From Porticoccaceae bacterium (GTDB taxonomy: Bacteria > Pseudomonadota > Gammaproteobacteria > Pseudomonadales > Porticoccaceae), in the NCBI GenBank assembly GCA_049615065.1, contig JBMZEV010000001.1:9195-73194 (forward strand): DNA of 64,000 nucleotides, read 5' to 3'. The first letter of the stretch is position 1. Every line of letters starts with the position of its first letter. Positions 30,703-42,579 of this stretch are shown one piece after another. Under the pieces are notes generated by a model. It made no database searches. It was not told the DNA's origin and saw nothing but the letters and a program-made list of their open reading frames with translations. The position numbers and the translations under genes are program-made.

Positions 30703-31428
30703 ATGACATGCTTAGAAAAAAATATATCTTCAGTAAAAGCACGAATTGAGCAGTCTGCTGCCAGTGCCGGCCGCAATCTCAGCGCAATACAGCTTCTTGC
30801 CGTTAGTAAAACCCGAACGCCTGAGGAGATAGAGATCGCCTTATCTCAAGGGCTGAACGCGTTTGGCGAAAACTATGTTCAAGAAGCATTAGATAAAATA
30901 AATGTTTTGAAATCTCTACCCTTAGAGTGGCACTTTATAGGTCCTCTACAGTCTAATAAAACCAAGCAGGTGGCAGAAAATTTTAGCTGGGTTCACGCTG
31001 TGGATAGATTAAAAATTGCCAAGCGCCTCAATGATCAGCGCCCAGAGCATTTAGAGCCATTAAATATTTGCCTACAAATAAATATAGATAATGAGCCAAC
31101 TAAATCAGGCATTTTGCCCGACCAAGCCTGCGAATTAGCTATATCAATTAGCCAATTGCCCCATCTGCGTCTTCGCGGCCTTATGGCCATACCTATGGCA
31201 AGGCATGATATTGAAAGTCAGCGCCAACCTTTTAAAGCATTGCGCTTACTGCAAGAAGAAATTAATCAACAACTGGACAATTCTCAAAAACTAGATACTC
31301 TCTCCATGGGAATGTCCGGCGATATTGAGGCTGCTATTTGCGAGGGCGCGACAATTTTGCGCGTGGGCACAGATATTTTTGGACCAAGAACTGACAGAGC
31401 AATAAATAAGGAATATAAAACACCATGA
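30703..31428 (+). CDS. yggS: PLP homeostasis protein YggS
   Basis: LLAVSK, FGENYVQE, WHFIGPLQSNK and LSMGMSGD motifs. Confidence 0.96.
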   Translation: MTCLEKNISSVKARIEQSAASAGRNLSAIQLLAVSKTRTPEEIEIALSQGLNAFGENYVQEALDKINVLKSLPLEWHFIGPLQSNKTKQVAENFSWVHAVDRLKIAKRLNDQRPEHLEPLNICLQINIDNEPTKSGILPDQACELAISISQLPHLRLRGLMAIPMARHDIESQRQPFKALRLLQEEINQQLDNSQKLDTLSMGMSGDIEAAICEGATILRVGTDIFGPRTDRAINKEYKTP

Positions 31429-32240
31429 GCAAAATAGTCTTTATCGGTGGCGGCAATATGGCGTCTTGCCTAATTGGCGGGATGCTAGCCAATGGATTTT
31501 CTAGCCAAGATATAACCGTCAGCGAGCCCAATGAGGATTCGCGCAATCGAGTATCATCTTCATTTGGCGTATTAACCACAGATGACAATATAGCCGCTGT
31601 GTCTCAGGCCGATATTGTAGTTCTTGCGGTTAAGCCGCAAATTATGGCTACAGTAGCCTCTCCCCTTGCTCAGGCCCTAGAACATAAACCGATTATTGTT
31701 TCTATTGCCGCAGGGATTCCAGTTAATGCATTGCAAAATTGGATGGGGCAAGAATTAAAAATTGTCCGCGCCATGCCAAATACCCCCGCTATGGTGCAGT
31801 CAGGCGCAACTGGTCTTTTTGCCAATCAATCCCTAGGCAAAGATCAGCAAACAATTATTGAAAATATTTTTTCTGCCGTTGGCTATACCTGCTGGGTAAA
31901 TCAAGAATCTGATATTGATGCAGTTACTGCCGTTTCAGGCAGTGGCCCAGCCTATTTTTTTCTAATCTATGAAGCTATGCTAAAAGTTGCTAAAGAGTTG
32001 GGGCTAGACAGCGAAACTGCATCGCAACTGACTTTGCATACCGCAATGGGCGCGGCGCGATTGGCACTTGGATCCGACAGTGCCCCCGAGGAGCTTCGCA
32101 AACAGGTCACTTCTCCGGGCGGAACAACTCAGGCGGCTATCGAATCCTTCCAAGCACAAGGTTTGGAAGATGTTTTCCGCAAGGCGATGACTGCGGCTGA
32201 AGAGCGCGCCAAAGAAATGTCAGACGATTTTGCAGGCTAG
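31425..32240 (+). CDS. proC: Pyrroline-5-carboxylate reductase
   Basis: FIGGGNMA, RAMPNTP, SGSGPAY and VTSPGGTT motifs. Confidence 0.97.
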   Translation: MSKIVFIGGGNMASCLIGGMLANGFSSQDITVSEPNEDSRNRVSSSFGVLTTDDNIAAVSQADIVVLAVKPQIMATVASPLAQALEHKPIIVSIAAGIPVNALQNWMGQELKIVRAMPNTPAMVQSGATGLFANQSLGKDQQTIIENIFSAVGYTCWVNQESDIDAVTAVSGSGPAYFFLIYEAMLKVAKELGLDSETASQLTLHTAMGAARLALGSDSAPEELRKQVTSPGGTTQAAIESFQAQGLEDVFRKAMTAAEERAKEMSDDFAG

Positions 32241-32245
32241 ATCCC

Positions 32246-32809
32246 ATGAATGAAACCTTAATTTTTATTTTAAAATATGCCACTGATATCGTTGCTACGC
32301 TACTTCTAATTAGGTTTCTATTGCAATTACATCAGGCCGATTTTTATAATCCTGTGTCTCAGGGCATTGTTAAAATTTGTACACCAATTGCCTCTCCACT
32401 TGAAAAGCTAATTCCCTCTATGGGCCGCTTTAATTTGGCTGTTTTAGCTGCGGCAATACTCGCTAAATGGAGCTTTTTTGTCATAATAGCGGCGGCTAAT
32501 GGGCTGCTTTCTGTAGGCATTTTTTCTTATTTAGCACTGGCCGTATTCGAGCTATTGCGCACCCTGATTACCATTTATTTTTATGGCGTATTTATATTAG
32601 TTATTTTTAGCTGGGTTGGCACCCCGCCCCATCCGGCGGCTCGCCTAATCAATCAAGTGATTTTGCCCTATACCAATATTTTTAGGCGCTTTATACCGCC
32701 CCTAGGAATGATTGATATATCGCCGATGGTTGCGATTTTTACTCTGATGATTATTAGAGCCCAAATCCTGCCAATTATTGCTATGCAAATTCGCCCGCTA
32801 CTGATGTAG
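32246..32809 (+). CDS. yggT: YggT family membrane protein
   Basis: ADFYNPVSQ and PPLGMIDISP motifs; follows proC. Confidence 0.9.
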   Translation: MNETLIFILKYATDIVATLLLIRFLLQLHQADFYNPVSQGIVKICTPIASPLEKLIPSMGRFNLAVLAAAILAKWSFFVIIAAANGLLSVGIFSYLALAVFELLRTLITIYFYGVFILVIFSWVGTPPHPAARLINQVILPYTNIFRRFIPPLGMIDISPMVAIFTLMIIRAQILPIIAMQIRPLLM

Positions 32810-32829
32810 CACACTCTTTTTGAATAAAC

Positions 32830-33879
32830 TTATGGGGCTGGATCTGGATAACAATTATGAACAGCCTCTATTTCTGCTATGACTTGATCGCTCAGCGTTA
32901 TTTCGACAGCGTCAATATTTTCTTTTAGCTGCTCCATAGTAGTTGCGCCAATTAGACAGCTGGCAACAAAGGGTTGCTGGCAAACAAACGCTAGAGACAT
33001 TTGCGCAAGACTTATTCCCTGGTGCTCAGCGATCTCTGCATAGGCTTCTGTAGCCGCTAATGATTGCGGGCTATCATAGCGGGTAAAGCGATCAAAAAGC
33101 GTCAACCGCGCTGCCGAAGGTTTTTTGCCGCCAAGATATTTTCCACTCAGCATGCCAAAAGCCATAGGCGAATAAGCCAGTAATCCGATATTTTCTCTCA
33201 CAGACATCTCGGCTAGACCTGTTTCAAACTGACGGCTTAACAGGTTGTAGACATTTTGAATAGATGCCACTGTTGGCAGTCCTTTATTTTGTGCCAACCG
33301 CAGGTACTCCATTGTGCCCCAAGGGGTCTCATTGGAAATGCCAATATGCTTAATTAGCCCTTCATCTACAAGTTCAGCCAACGCCCTGAGGGTCTCCTCT
33401 ATGGCAATCCCGTCGTCATCGGGATTGTGACTATAGCCGCGAGCGCCAAAAAAATTGGTAGCTCGTTCTGGCCAGTGCACCTGATACAGATCTATATAAT
33501 CAGTTTGCATCCGCTCAAGCGAGCCTTCAATTGCCCGACGTATATGATCTCGACTAAGTCGAGCGCCGTCTCGAATATGAGCAAGCGCTGAATTCTTTTG
33601 GTCGGCGCGACCAGTTACCTTGGTCGCTAGAGTAATCTCTGCACGCCTGCCTGTTTGCGCCAACCATTCCCCCACGCAGCGCTCGGTCTCACCCACTGTT
33701 TCAGGGCGTGGCGGCACCGGGTACATTTCTGCCACATCAAATAGATTGACCCCCCGAGAAAGCGCATAGTCCATCTGCTCACAGGCTTGCTGAAGATTAT
33801 TTTGCTCACCCCATGTCATGGTACCCAGGCCAATCAATGGTACCTGTATTCCCGTTTCGCCTAATGGCCGATATTTCAT
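32830..33879 (-). CDS. tas: NADP(H)-dependent aldo-keto reductase (Tas-like)
   Basis: LGTMTWGEQN, AEMYPVPP, DLYQVHWPER and SNETPWG motifs. Confidence 0.9.
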   Translation of the reverse strand: MKYRPLGETGIQVPLIGLGTMTWGEQNNLQQACEQMDYALSRGVNLFDVAEMYPVPPRPETVGETERCVGEWLAQTGRRAEITLATKVTGRADQKNSALAHIRDGARLSRDHIRRAIEGSLERMQTDYIDLYQVHWPERATNFFGARGYSHNPDDDGIAIEETLRALAELVDEGLIKHIGISNETPWGTMEYLRLAQNKGLPTVASIQNVYNLLSRQFETGLAEMSVRENIGLLAYSPMAFGMLSGKYLGGKKPSAARLTLFDRFTRYDSPQSLAATEAYAEIAEHQGISLAQMSLAFVCQQPFVASCLIGATTMEQLKENIDAVEITLSDQVIAEIEAVHNCYPDPAP

Positions 33880-34071
33880 AACACCTTCTCGCCTAATCAA
33901 TTCAATTTAAGTCAACCCCGTTGACCATATCAGGTATAGTAGTAAAAATCAGCGGCTAACCGCTAGGTGTTTGCCGCTATTTGATATATAAATAATACTT
34001 TGAATCTATACTATTGCTTAAACGTCTGGGCGCTCTTAGACTTGTAAGCCAAATTTTAAATAAATTAGCCT

Positions 34072-35247
34072 ATGTCATTAGAAACATCAGATAAGCAAAA
34101 CGATCTTGACGGATCTGTGGGTCTAGTCAAGCCGCAAACGGTAGTTATAGAGCAGCCGCTCAAACTTGCCTGCGGTGTTATTTTGCCTAGCCATACATTA
34201 GTTTATGAAACCTATGGCACCCCCAATAAAGACAATACTAATGCCATCCTTATCTGCCATGCCCTTAGCGGCAATCATCATGCGGCTGGCATTTATGAGG
34301 GCGACGCCAAGCCCGGGTGGTGGGATCACTATATTGGCCCCGGCAAACCAATCGATAGCAATCGCTTCTTTATCGTATGCGTCAATAATATAGGCAGCTG
34401 CTTTGGTAGCACAGGTCCAACCTCAGAAAATCCTGAAACCGGTCAGCCTTTTGGCGCAGATTTTCCACCATTAAGAGCGCGCGATTGGGTAGCGTCACAA
34501 CAATTGTTAATGGAGCATCTCAATATTGACTGTTGGGCGGCAGTCGTAGGCGGTAGCCTTGGCGGCATGCAAGCTATGCGCTGGTCGCTTGAGCATCCAG
34601 ATAAGTTACAGCACGCTGTTGTTATCGCCTCATCTATGAAGCTAACGGCACAAAATATAGCCTTTAATGAAATTGCTCGAAAGGCGATAAAATCTGATAC
34701 AGATTTCTGCGATGGCAATTATCTGCTGCAGAACAAAATCCCACATCGCGGACTGGCATTGGCGCGCATGATCGGGCATGTGACCTATTTGTCGGATGAA
34801 TTAATGGGACAAAAATTTGGTCGGGATCTGAAAGCGGGCGATTTGCTACAGGGCAAAACAGAACCCGTTGAATTCCAAATTGAAAGCTATTTAAATTATC
34901 AGGGCGATAAGTTTTCTGATTTCTTTGACGCTAACTCTTACATTCTTATTACCAAGATGCTCGATTACTTTGATCTAGCCAGAGAGTACGACCACGACCC
35001 TGTAGCTGCATTTAGTCACGCCCAATGTAAATTCCTAGTGGTGTCATTTAGTAGCGATTGGCGTTTTTCTCCAGCCAGATCCAGAGAAATTACCGATGCG
35101 CTAATAGCCGCAGGCAAAGATGTTTCATATATTGCCATTGACTCAGATCATGGTCATGACGCATTTTTACTGCCAAATCAACGCTATCAAGAAGCGCTTA
35201 GAAGCTATCTAGCTAAGCTGGCAGACCACCTAGAGGGCGAACAATGA
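34072..35247 (+). CDS. metX: Homoserine O-acyltransferase MetX (succinyl or acetyl)
   Basis: [21 protein letters not shown] and HGHDAFL motifs; followed by metW. Confidence 0.95.
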   Translation: MSLETSDKQNDLDGSVGLVKPQTVVIEQPLKLACGVILPSHTLVYETYGTPNKDNTNAILICHALSGNHHAAGIYEGDAKPGWWDHYIGPGKPIDSNRFFIVCVNNIGSCFGSTGPTSENPETGQPFGADFPPLRARDWVASQQLLMEHLNIDCWAAVVGGSLGGMQAMRWSLEHPDKLQHAVVIASSMKLTAQNIAFNEIARKAIKSDTDFCDGNYLLQNKIPHRGLALARMIGHVTYLSDELMGQKFGRDLKAGDLLQGKTEPVEFQIESYLNYQGDKFSDFFDANSYILITKMLDYFDLAREYDHDPVAAFSHAQCKFLVVSFSSDWRFSPARSREITDALIAAGKDVSYIAIDSDHGHDAFLLPNQRYQEALRSYLAKLADHLEGEQ

Positions 35248-35834
35248 GTCACAATATCGACCTTATAAAACAGTGGATTGAGCCCCAGTCTCGCGTTTTG
35301 GATGTTGGCTGTGGAGATGGCTCGCTATTGGCAAGCCTTAGAGATCAGCGCAACGTTAAGGGCTATGGATTAGAAATCGACCCTACGTCCATCGCTAGCT
35401 GCGTCGAAAAAGGCGTTAATGTTATTGAGCAAGATCTTAACAAAGGTCTTAAAAACTTTGCTGACCAGAGCTTTGATACGGTTTTAATGACTCATACACT
35501 ACAGGCTCTTCGCTATCCTCATTTGGTATTAGATGAAATTTTACGTATTGGAAGTAAAGGTATCGTCACTTTCCCTAATTTTGGCAATTGGCGCACCAGG
35601 GCTTATCTAAGTTTTCGCGGCAGAATGCCAGTAACTAAACAACTAGCCTATCAATGGTATGACACGCCTAACATTCATTTTTTTACCTATGCTGATTTTG
35701 AAGCACTGTGCAAAGAAAGAAATATTACTATTTTGCATCGCCAGTTTTTAGCCCATGGCTTCCCCGATTCTATGCTTAAATCCGTGTGGCCAAATCTATT
35801 TACCGAAACTGCGGTTTATCACCTAAGCCGTTAA
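35244..35834 (+). CDS. metW: Methionine biosynthesis protein MetW
   Basis: [14 protein letters not shown] and WYDTPNIH motifs. Confidence 0.95.
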   Translation: MSHNIDLIKQWIEPQSRVLDVGCGDGSLLASLRDQRNVKGYGLEIDPTSIASCVEKGVNVIEQDLNKGLKNFADQSFDTVLMTHTLQALRYPHLVLDEILRIGSKGIVTFPNFGNWRTRAYLSFRGRMPVTKQLAYQWYDTPNIHFFTYADFEALCKERNITILHRQFLAHGFPDSMLKSVWPNLFTETAVYHLSR

Positions 35835-35868
35835 TTGATTGCCTGCAATAACCAGGGAGAAATTTTTA

Positions 35869-36297
35869 ATGAAGTACCTGATACTACTATCAATGCTTCT
35901 AACCTCTTCGCTATCCGCAGAGGCCGTAAAGCAAAGCCACTATAAACAGCATGGCGATAGAAAAATTTTCTACAGCGCTTTTGATAGCTCGTTTATCGCG
36001 CCCGAAGTGGCTGTAGCCTATAATTTTGTCCGCGGAAAAGATAAGGGGCTAGTTAATATTGCTGTAGTAAAAACCCTAGGCCAAGGTGAACCGGCAAAAA
36101 TTTCTGGTCAGGTTTTAAATATTTTTCAGCAATCACAGCAGCTTGAATTTGTGGCTATAAAAGAACAAAACAGTATCTACTACTTAGCACCTTTTGAATT
36201 TGAAAATGAGGACCTTTTAACCTTCAAAATAAGTGTTGATGATCTTGATCAAGGGCCCTACAGCTTTAAATTTCAAAAGAAAATGTACCATAACTAA
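35869..36297 (+). CDS. DUF4426 family exported protein
   Basis: Signal peptide; YSAFDSSFIAPEVA and IYYLA motifs; metW-DUF4426-rdgB order. Confidence 0.8.
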   Translation: MKYLILLSMLLTSSLSAEAVKQSHYKQHGDRKIFYSAFDSSFIAPEVAVAYNFVRGKDKGLVNIAVVKTLGQGEPAKISGQVLNIFQQSQQLEFVAIKEQNSIYYLAPFEFENEDLLTFKISVDDLDQGPYSFKFQKKMYHN

Positions 36298-36321
36298 ACC
36301 GTGCTAAACGAGGCTTAAAAA

Positions 36322-36930
36322 GTGATAGCGATAAAAGATTTAGTTTTAGCCAGCGCCAACAAAGGCAAAATTAAAGAGCTACAAGACATGTTAGGAGGGC
36401 TGGGTATCAATATAATCCCTCAGCAGCAACTTGGCATTGAAGACACCGAAGAAACAGGCCTCACCTTTGTGGAAAACGCCATTCTAAAAGCGCGTCATGC
36501 GGCGCAAATATCTGGCCTGCCTGCCATTGCCGATGATTCGGGACTTGAAGTGGATTATTTAAAGGGCGCACCGGGCATCTATTCAGCGCGCTTTTCTGGC
36601 AAGGGCGCAACCGATCAAAGCAACCTCGATAAGCTAATGACCGAAATGCAAGATGCCCCCATTGGTAAGCGAAGCGCCAGATATCAGACGGTAATTGCCA
36701 TTATGATGCATGGCACAGACCCCACACCCATCTTATGCCAAGGCACTTGGGAGGGGGAAATTGCCTTTGAAGAAAAAGGCAACGGGGGCTTTGGTTACGA
36801 CCCCGTATTTAAGCCAATGGATGCCGACTGTCATGCCGCCGAGTTAGAAAAATCGGTAAAAAATACCATTAGCCATCGCGGCAAAGCCATTCATCAACTG
36901 CTCAAAACGCTTAGGTCACAAACCGCATAA
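36322..36930 (+). CDS. rdgB: dITP/XTP pyrophosphatase
   Basis: ADDSGL, APGIYSAR, GFGYDP and SHRG motifs. Confidence 0.96.
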   Translation: MIAIKDLVLASANKGKIKELQDMLGGLGINIIPQQQLGIEDTEETGLTFVENAILKARHAAQISGLPAIADDSGLEVDYLKGAPGIYSARFSGKGATDQSNLDKLMTEMQDAPIGKRSARYQTVIAIMMHGTDPTPILCQGTWEGEIAFEEKGNGGFGYDPVFKPMDADCHAAELEKSVKNTISHRGKAIHQLLKTLRSQTA

Positions 36931-38069
36931 TGCTGGAACTACCGCCGCTATCACTGTATGTACATATTCCTTGGTGTATTAGAAAATGTCCTTATTGTGA
37001 CTTCAACTCCCACGAAAGTGCGGACAAAATCCCCGAAAATGCTTATTTAGAGGCTCTTTTTCAGGATCTTAAAAATGACCTTCCGTGGGCGCAAAATAGA
37101 AAACTACATTCGATTTTCTTTGGCGGCGGCACACCCAGCCTGTTCTCTGCTGGCGCTATAGAAAAAATTATTCAGCAAGCTGAAACTCTGTTCGGCTTTG
37201 AAGATCAGATTGAAATCACATTAGAAGCCAATCCCGGCACCGCTGAGCAACAAAAATTTGCCGACTTTAACTCAGCGGGGGTCAATCGCCTCTCTATAGG
37301 CGTGCAAAGTTTTAATAATGATCACCTAAAAACTCTGGGGCGTATTCATGACGGAGACAATGCCCTAAGGGCAATTGAGATGGCTTATAACTCAGGGTTT
37401 GAGCGCTTTAACATTGATTTAATGCATGGATTGCCTGATCAGTCGCGCGAGGATGCAATAAGCGATCTAGACATAGCCATTAGAACAGGCGCAACCCATA
37501 TATCTTGGTATCAATTGACCATTGAACCCAATACCGCTTTTTACTCCAAACCCCCGATTTTGCCGATTGAGGACCAACTTGCGGACATACAAGACCTAGG
37601 GCTGAAAACCTTAACGGATGCCGGCTTTTGTCAATATGAGATCTCCGCTTATGCGCGAAATGCCGAGTACTGCAAACACAACATTAATTATTGGCAGTTT
37701 GGAGACTATATTGGCATTGGAGCAGGCGCTCACGGCAAGATCAGCCTGCCTGATCAAAATCAAATTATTCGACCAGTAAAAACACGCCAACCCAAACATT
37801 ATCTCAACCGTGAAATCACAGTATTAACATCAAACAATCCCATTGCCGAAGATCAATTAGCCCTGGAGTTTATGATGAATGGCTTACGACTTACTTCTGG
37901 CATAGGTAAAGACTTATTTGCCCGCCGCACTGGCCTTTCGCCAGAAGATATTTCTGCCAAAATAGCGCTATTAGTGCAAGAGGGATTGTTAAAACAACAC
38001 CCCTCAGATTTCTGCACCACAGCTTTAGGCGCGCGCTTTCTAGATACCATATTGCAGAGGTTTTCTTAA
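36930..38069 (+). CDS. hemW: Radical SAM heme chaperone HemW
   Basis: YVHIPWCIRKCPYCDFNSH, FFGGGTPS and HNINYW motifs; follows rdgB. Confidence 0.93.
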   Translation: MLELPPLSLYVHIPWCIRKCPYCDFNSHESADKIPENAYLEALFQDLKNDLPWAQNRKLHSIFFGGGTPSLFSAGAIEKIIQQAETLFGFEDQIEITLEANPGTAEQQKFADFNSAGVNRLSIGVQSFNNDHLKTLGRIHDGDNALRAIEMAYNSGFERFNIDLMHGLPDQSREDAISDLDIAIRTGATHISWYQLTIEPNTAFYSKPPILPIEDQLADIQDLGLKTLTDAGFCQYEISAYARNAEYCKHNINYWQFGDYIGIGAGAHGKISLPDQNQIIRPVKTRQPKHYLNREITVLTSNNPIAEDQLALEFMMNGLRLTSGIGKDLFARRTGLSPEDISAKIALLVQEGLLKQHPSDFCTTALGARFLDTILQRFS

Positions 38070-38137
38070 ATTTCTAACTTTAGGCGCTGTATTTTTTTGC
38101 TACAATAGAAAATTATTAATAAGAAATTAAATTCCCA

Positions 38138-39064
38138 TTGGATATCAATAGCTCAAAAAACTCAGTGCCTGCGGAAACCGCAAAATTATTGCGACTGGCC
38201 ACCTATGCCTCTGTCAGCGTGGCTGTATTTTTAATCACGGTAAAGCTAATTGCCTGGGGCCGCTCTGACTCGGTCAGCCTATTGGCCACGCTGGTAGACT
38301 CTGTGCTAGATGCCTTCGCCTCAATAATTAACTTAATTGCTGTTAGGCATGCCCTGACGCCAGCGGACAAAGAACACCGATTCGGTCATGGTAAAGCTGA
38401 AGCCCTTGCCGGCTTAAGCCAATCGCTCTTTATTGCTGGGTCTTCATTCTTTTTATTATTTGAGGCCGCACAGACATTTTTCAATCCAACGGAAATTAAA
38501 CACGCCTTTGACGGAATTGTGGTTATGGTTATTTCAATTATTGCGACGCTAATATTAGTTAGCTTCCAGCAATATGTGATTAAAAAAACCCAATCTGTAG
38601 CCATTAGTGCCGATGCTCTTCATTATAAGTCTGATATTCTAATGAATATTGCTGTGATAATGGCCTTATGGCTTGCAACCATGGGCCTCAATATTTTTGA
38701 TCCTATTATTGGGGCTCTTATTGCCTGTTATATTTTATACAGTGTTTGGAGTATCGTTAGCATCTCACTTGACCAACTGATGGATAGAGAGCTTAGCGAT
38801 GATCTAAGAGCGAATATCAAGCAGACTGTTTTGGCTCACCCCCAGGCGCAGGGTATGCATGATTTGCGAACCCGACATTCTGGAACTATGACGTTTATTC
38901 AGTTTCACCTCGAAATTGAAGATGATCTAACGCTGGTTCAGGCGCACAATGTATCTGATGAAATAGAGCTTGAACTATTAAAAACCTACCCCGGTTCAGA
39001 GATTATTATTCATATTGATCCCAAATCAGTTGTAGGAAAAGAAACTGTCGCAACTTTTGAATAA
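38138..39064 (+). CDS. fieF: Cation diffusion facilitator FieF/YiiP
   Basis: DSVLD, HRFGHGKAE, ADALHYKSD and HDLRTR motifs. Confidence 0.9.
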   Translation: MDINSSKNSVPAETAKLLRLATYASVSVAVFLITVKLIAWGRSDSVSLLATLVDSVLDAFASIINLIAVRHALTPADKEHRFGHGKAEALAGLSQSLFIAGSSFFLLFEAAQTFFNPTEIKHAFDGIVVMVISIIATLILVSFQQYVIKKTQSVAISADALHYKSDILMNIAVIMALWLATMGLNIFDPIIGALIACYILYSVWSIVSISLDQLMDRELSDDLRANIKQTVLAHPQAQGMHDLRTRHSGTMTFIQFHLEIEDDLTLVQAHNVSDEIELELLKTYPGSEIIIHIDPKSVVGKETVATFE

Positions 39065-39183
39065 TGCGTTACCAATTAGTAGAAAATAAGGCACAGTATT
39101 ATTTGGTGCAAGCTGGCGCCTAATGATATTATTGCGGCTATAAACAACAATGATTAATCCCCTGTTATTGGAGAAATTCCCAA

Positions 39184-39510
39184 ATGAGTGACTCAATTGT
39201 CCATACAACCGATGCCAGCTTTGAAGCTGACGTACTTCAATCCGACTTGCCCACATTAGTAGATTTCTGGGCGCCCTGGTGCGGCCCGTGCAAAATGATT
39301 GCACCTATTCTTGATGAATTGGCTATTGAATATGCCGGCAAAATCAAAATTTGCAAAGTTGATGTAGATGGCAACCCAGAAAGCGCCGCTAAATTTAACG
39401 TTCGCGGTATACCGACTCTTCTAGTGTTTAAAAATGGCGCTGTGGAAGCGACTAAAGTAGGCGCTTTGTCTAAAGGACAGCTAACAGAGTTTGTAGACGG
39501 TCTTATCTAA
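39184..39510 (+). CDS. trxA: Thioredoxin 1
   Basis: WCGPC active site; upstream of rho. Confidence 0.97.
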   Translation: MSDSIVHTTDASFEADVLQSDLPTLVDFWAPWCGPCKMIAPILDELAIEYAGKIKICKVDVDGNPESAAKFNVRGIPTLLVFKNGAVEATKVGALSKGQLTEFVDGLI

Positions 39511-39515
39511 GTGAC

Positions 39516-39539
39516 TTGCGGCTCTCTCTGGAGCCGCAA
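39516..39539 (+). terminator. Stem-loop after trxA (no clear U tail)
   Basis: TTGCGGCTC-tctctg-GAGCCGCAA perfect 9-bp stem. Confidence 0.5.
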
Positions 39540-39720
39540 AATTCAGCTTGCGTTTACAATCACAACCCTATAATCTTGTCTATGTTCCTTATCTAAGCCC
39601 TGTATTGCAAATAAAAAAACCAAGTGCCTACTGCGGCAATAGACTACACTCAAACACAATCAATCCTTGGCAAAGTCCGAGACAAAAATTTCTCCGAATT
39701 AAATATCCTAAGAACTTCCT

Positions 39721-40980
39721 ATGAACCTATCAGAACTAAAGCAAAAACCCATTGATGAACTACTAGAAATGACTGCCTCCATGGGGCTAGACAACCTGGC
39801 GAGATCCCGTAAACAAGATATTATCTTTGCCCTACTCAAGCGTCATGCTAAAGGCGGCGAAGACATTTATGGTGATGGGGTACTTGAAATCTTGCCTGAT
39901 GGCTTTGGCTTTTTGCGTTCTGCAGGTGCTTCTTATCTGGCGGGCCCGGATGATATTTATGTCTCCCCAAGCCAAATTAGACGCTTTAATCTGCGCACTG
40001 GTGACCGTATTGCTGGAAAAATTCGTCCACCTAAAGATGGTGAACGTTACTTTGCCATGCTTAAAGTCGACGAAATCAATTTTGATGCCCCAGAAAATGC
40101 TCGCAACAAAATCCTTTTTGAAAATCTAACGCCTCTTTTCCCTGATGAGCCACTCTTACTCGAAGCGGGCAATGGTTCGACGGAAGATCTTACGGGGCGT
40201 GTTATCGATCTCGTATCCCCTATTGGCAAGGGTCAACGCGGTCTAATTGTTGCACCGCCAAAAGCCGGCAAAACCATTATGATGCAGAATATTGCGCAAT
40301 CAATTATTCGCAATAACCCAGAATGCTACATTATTGTTTTGCTAATTGATGAGCGCCCTGAAGAAGTAACAGAAATGCAGCGCACTGTGCGCGGCGAAGT
40401 CATTGCATCTACTTTTGATGAGCCGCCCAACCGCCACGTTCAAGTTGCTGAGATGGTTATCGAAAAAGCTAAACGTCTTGTAGAGCATAAAAAAGATGTG
40501 GTTATCTTGCTTGACTCAATTACCCGTCTTGCCCGAGCCTACAACACCGTTATCCCGTCTTCAGGCAAAGTATTGACCGGTGGTGTTGATGCCCATGCTC
40601 TGGAGAAGCCAAAACGATTCTTTGGTGCAGCGCGTAATATCGAAAATGGTGGCAGCTTGAGTATTATTGCTACGGCCCTGGTTGAAACCGGCTCAAAAAT
40701 GGACGAAGTAATCTATGAAGAATTTAAGGGCACGGGTAATTTGGAGCTGATTCTCGATCGTAAAATTGCAGAAAAACGCGTTTATCCAGCTATCAATGTT
40801 CGCCGCTCAGGCACGCGTCGTGAAGACTTGCTAATGGATGAAGCTGAACTGCAGAGAGTTTGGATACTGCGTAAACTACTGCATGATATGGAAGATCTAC
40901 CTGCTATCGAGTTTATGATAGAAAAACTCAAAGGTTTCAAAAGCAACGGTGAATTTTTTGGTGCAATGAAACGTAAATAG
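39721..40980 (+). CDS. rho: Transcription termination factor Rho
   Basis: [29 protein letters not shown] and [11 protein letters not shown] motifs. Confidence 0.99.
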   Translation: MNLSELKQKPIDELLEMTASMGLDNLARSRKQDIIFALLKRHAKGGEDIYGDGVLEILPDGFGFLRSAGASYLAGPDDIYVSPSQIRRFNLRTGDRIAGKIRPPKDGERYFAMLKVDEINFDAPENARNKILFENLTPLFPDEPLLLEAGNGSTEDLTGRVIDLVSPIGKGQRGLIVAPPKAGKTIMMQNIAQSIIRNNPECYIIVLLIDERPEEVTEMQRTVRGEVIASTFDEPPNRHVQVAEMVIEKAKRLVEHKKDVVILLDSITRLARAYNTVIPSSGKVLTGGVDAHALEKPKRFFGAARNIENGGSLSIIATALVETGSKMDEVIYEEFKGTGNLELILDRKIAEKRVYPAINVRRSGTRREDLLMDEAELQRVWILRKLLHDMEDLPAIEFMIEKLKGFKSNGEFFGAMKRK

Positions 40981-41025
40981 TTGGCAACCAGTTACTAATG
41001 TACTGACAATTATTGAGCCAGCCAC

Positions 41026-42501
41026 ATGAAACATTCTGATCTACGCAGTTTTATCTCATTCCTTGAGCAACAGGGTGAGCTGGTTCGTATCACACAAGAA
41101 GTAGACCCTGATCTCGAAATGACAGAGATCAGCGACCGCACCTTGCGCGCCAAGGGCCCCGCTCTTCTATTCGAAAACCCCAAAGGCTATTCAATGCCTG
41201 TTTTATGCAATCTTTTTGGTACGCCAAAACGAGTTGCTATGGGCATGGGGCAAGACTCCGTCTCCGCTCTTCGCGACGTTGGCGAGCTGTTAGCTTTTTT
41301 AAAACAGCCCGAGCCACCCAAAGACCTTCGCGACCTTTGGGATAAGCGCCATGATTTTAAGCAGGTGCTAAATATGCCTGTTAAAGTTGTCAAAAAAGCG
41401 CCCTGCCAAGAAGTTATTTTAGAGGGTGAACAGGTTGATTTAGGGCAGATACCTATACAAACTTGCTGGCCAGGGGATGCTGCACCTCTAATAACATGGC
41501 CTCTAGTGATTACTCGCGGGCCGGACAAAGCGCGACAAAACTTGGGCATCTACCGTATGCAAAAGCTAGCCAAAAATAAGCTGATTATGCGCTGGCTGGC
41601 GCACCGTGGTGGCGCCCTAGACTATAGGGATTGGCAGATAAAGCACCCAGGCAAGCCCTACCCGGTGGCGATTGCTCTCGGAGCAGACCCAGCGACCACC
41701 TTAGGCGCGGTTACACCAGTTCCCGATAGCCTGTCTGAATACGCTTTTGCCGGCCTTTTGCGCGGCGAGAAAACCGCAGTTGTAAACTGTATTGGCAGCG
41801 ATCTTCAGGTGCCTGCAACGGCAGAAATTATTCTCGAAGGCTATTTACAGCCAGGCGAAGAAGCTGATGAGGGTCCTTTTGGCGACCACACCGGCTATTA
41901 CAACGAGGTTGAACGCTTTCCAGTGCTTACCGTTGAGCGCATCACCCACCGCAAACAACCCATATACCACAGTACCTATACCGGGAGACCGCCCGATGAG
42001 CCAGCTATTTTAGGCGTTGCGCTAAACGAGGTATTTGTGCCTATTTTGCAAAAGCAATTTCCTGAAATTACCGATTTTTATCTTCCTGCTGAGGGCTGCT
42101 CTTACCGCATGGCTGTGGTTAGCATGAAGAAGCAATTCCCAGGACATGCTAAACGTGTAATGATGGGTGTTTGGTCTTTTTTGCGCCAATTTATGTACAC
42201 CAAATTTATTATTGTTACCGATGAAGATATAGATATTCGCAATTGGGAAGATGTGATCTGGGCCATCACTACTCGCATGGACCCCACCCGCGACACGGTA
42301 ATGATTGATAATACGCCAATAGACTACCTCGATTTTGCCTCCCCAGTATCTGGCCTAGGTTCAAAAATGGGATTAGATGCAACCAACAAAATGCCTGGCG
42401 AAACCCATCGTGAATGGGGCGAGCCTATACAAATGGATAAACAGATTAAGCAGCGTATTGATGCGCTATGGAGCGAGCTAGGAATTAGCTCTACGGAATA
42501 A
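41026..42501 (+). CDS. ubiD: 3-polyprenyl-4-hydroxybenzoate decarboxylase
   Basis: [11 protein letters not shown] and [19 protein letters not shown] motifs. Confidence 0.97.
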   Translation: MKHSDLRSFISFLEQQGELVRITQEVDPDLEMTEISDRTLRAKGPALLFENPKGYSMPVLCNLFGTPKRVAMGMGQDSVSALRDVGELLAFLKQPEPPKDLRDLWDKRHDFKQVLNMPVKVVKKAPCQEVILEGEQVDLGQIPIQTCWPGDAAPLITWPLVITRGPDKARQNLGIYRMQKLAKNKLIMRWLAHRGGALDYRDWQIKHPGKPYPVAIALGADPATTLGAVTPVPDSLSEYAFAGLLRGEKTAVVNCIGSDLQVPATAEIILEGYLQPGEEADEGPFGDHTGYYNEVERFPVLTVERITHRKQPIYHSTYTGRPPDEPAILGVALNEVFVPILQKQFPEITDFYLPAEGCSYRMAVVSMKKQFPGHAKRVMMGVWSFLRQFMYTKFIIVTDEDIDIRNWEDVIWAITTRMDPTRDTVMIDNTPIDYLDFASPVSGLGSKMGLDATNKMPGETHREWGEPIQMDKQIKQRIDALWSELGISSTE

Positions 42502-42579
42502 CCCTGCTTTAAACTTGCATCCCACGAGCGAGAAGATTAAGTTGTCAGTGTTTAGGCAACATTGTCTTAGAGGCTATAA

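Noticed and set aside
34010-34071. Possible SAM-II/SAM-V/SAH riboswitch or MetJ boxes upstream of metX
   Set aside because: Only fragments resemble them (ttgtaagcc, ggcgctc, one AAACGTCT box); the pseudoknot/A-tract and tandem met boxes are missing. An Rfam cmscan would settle it.
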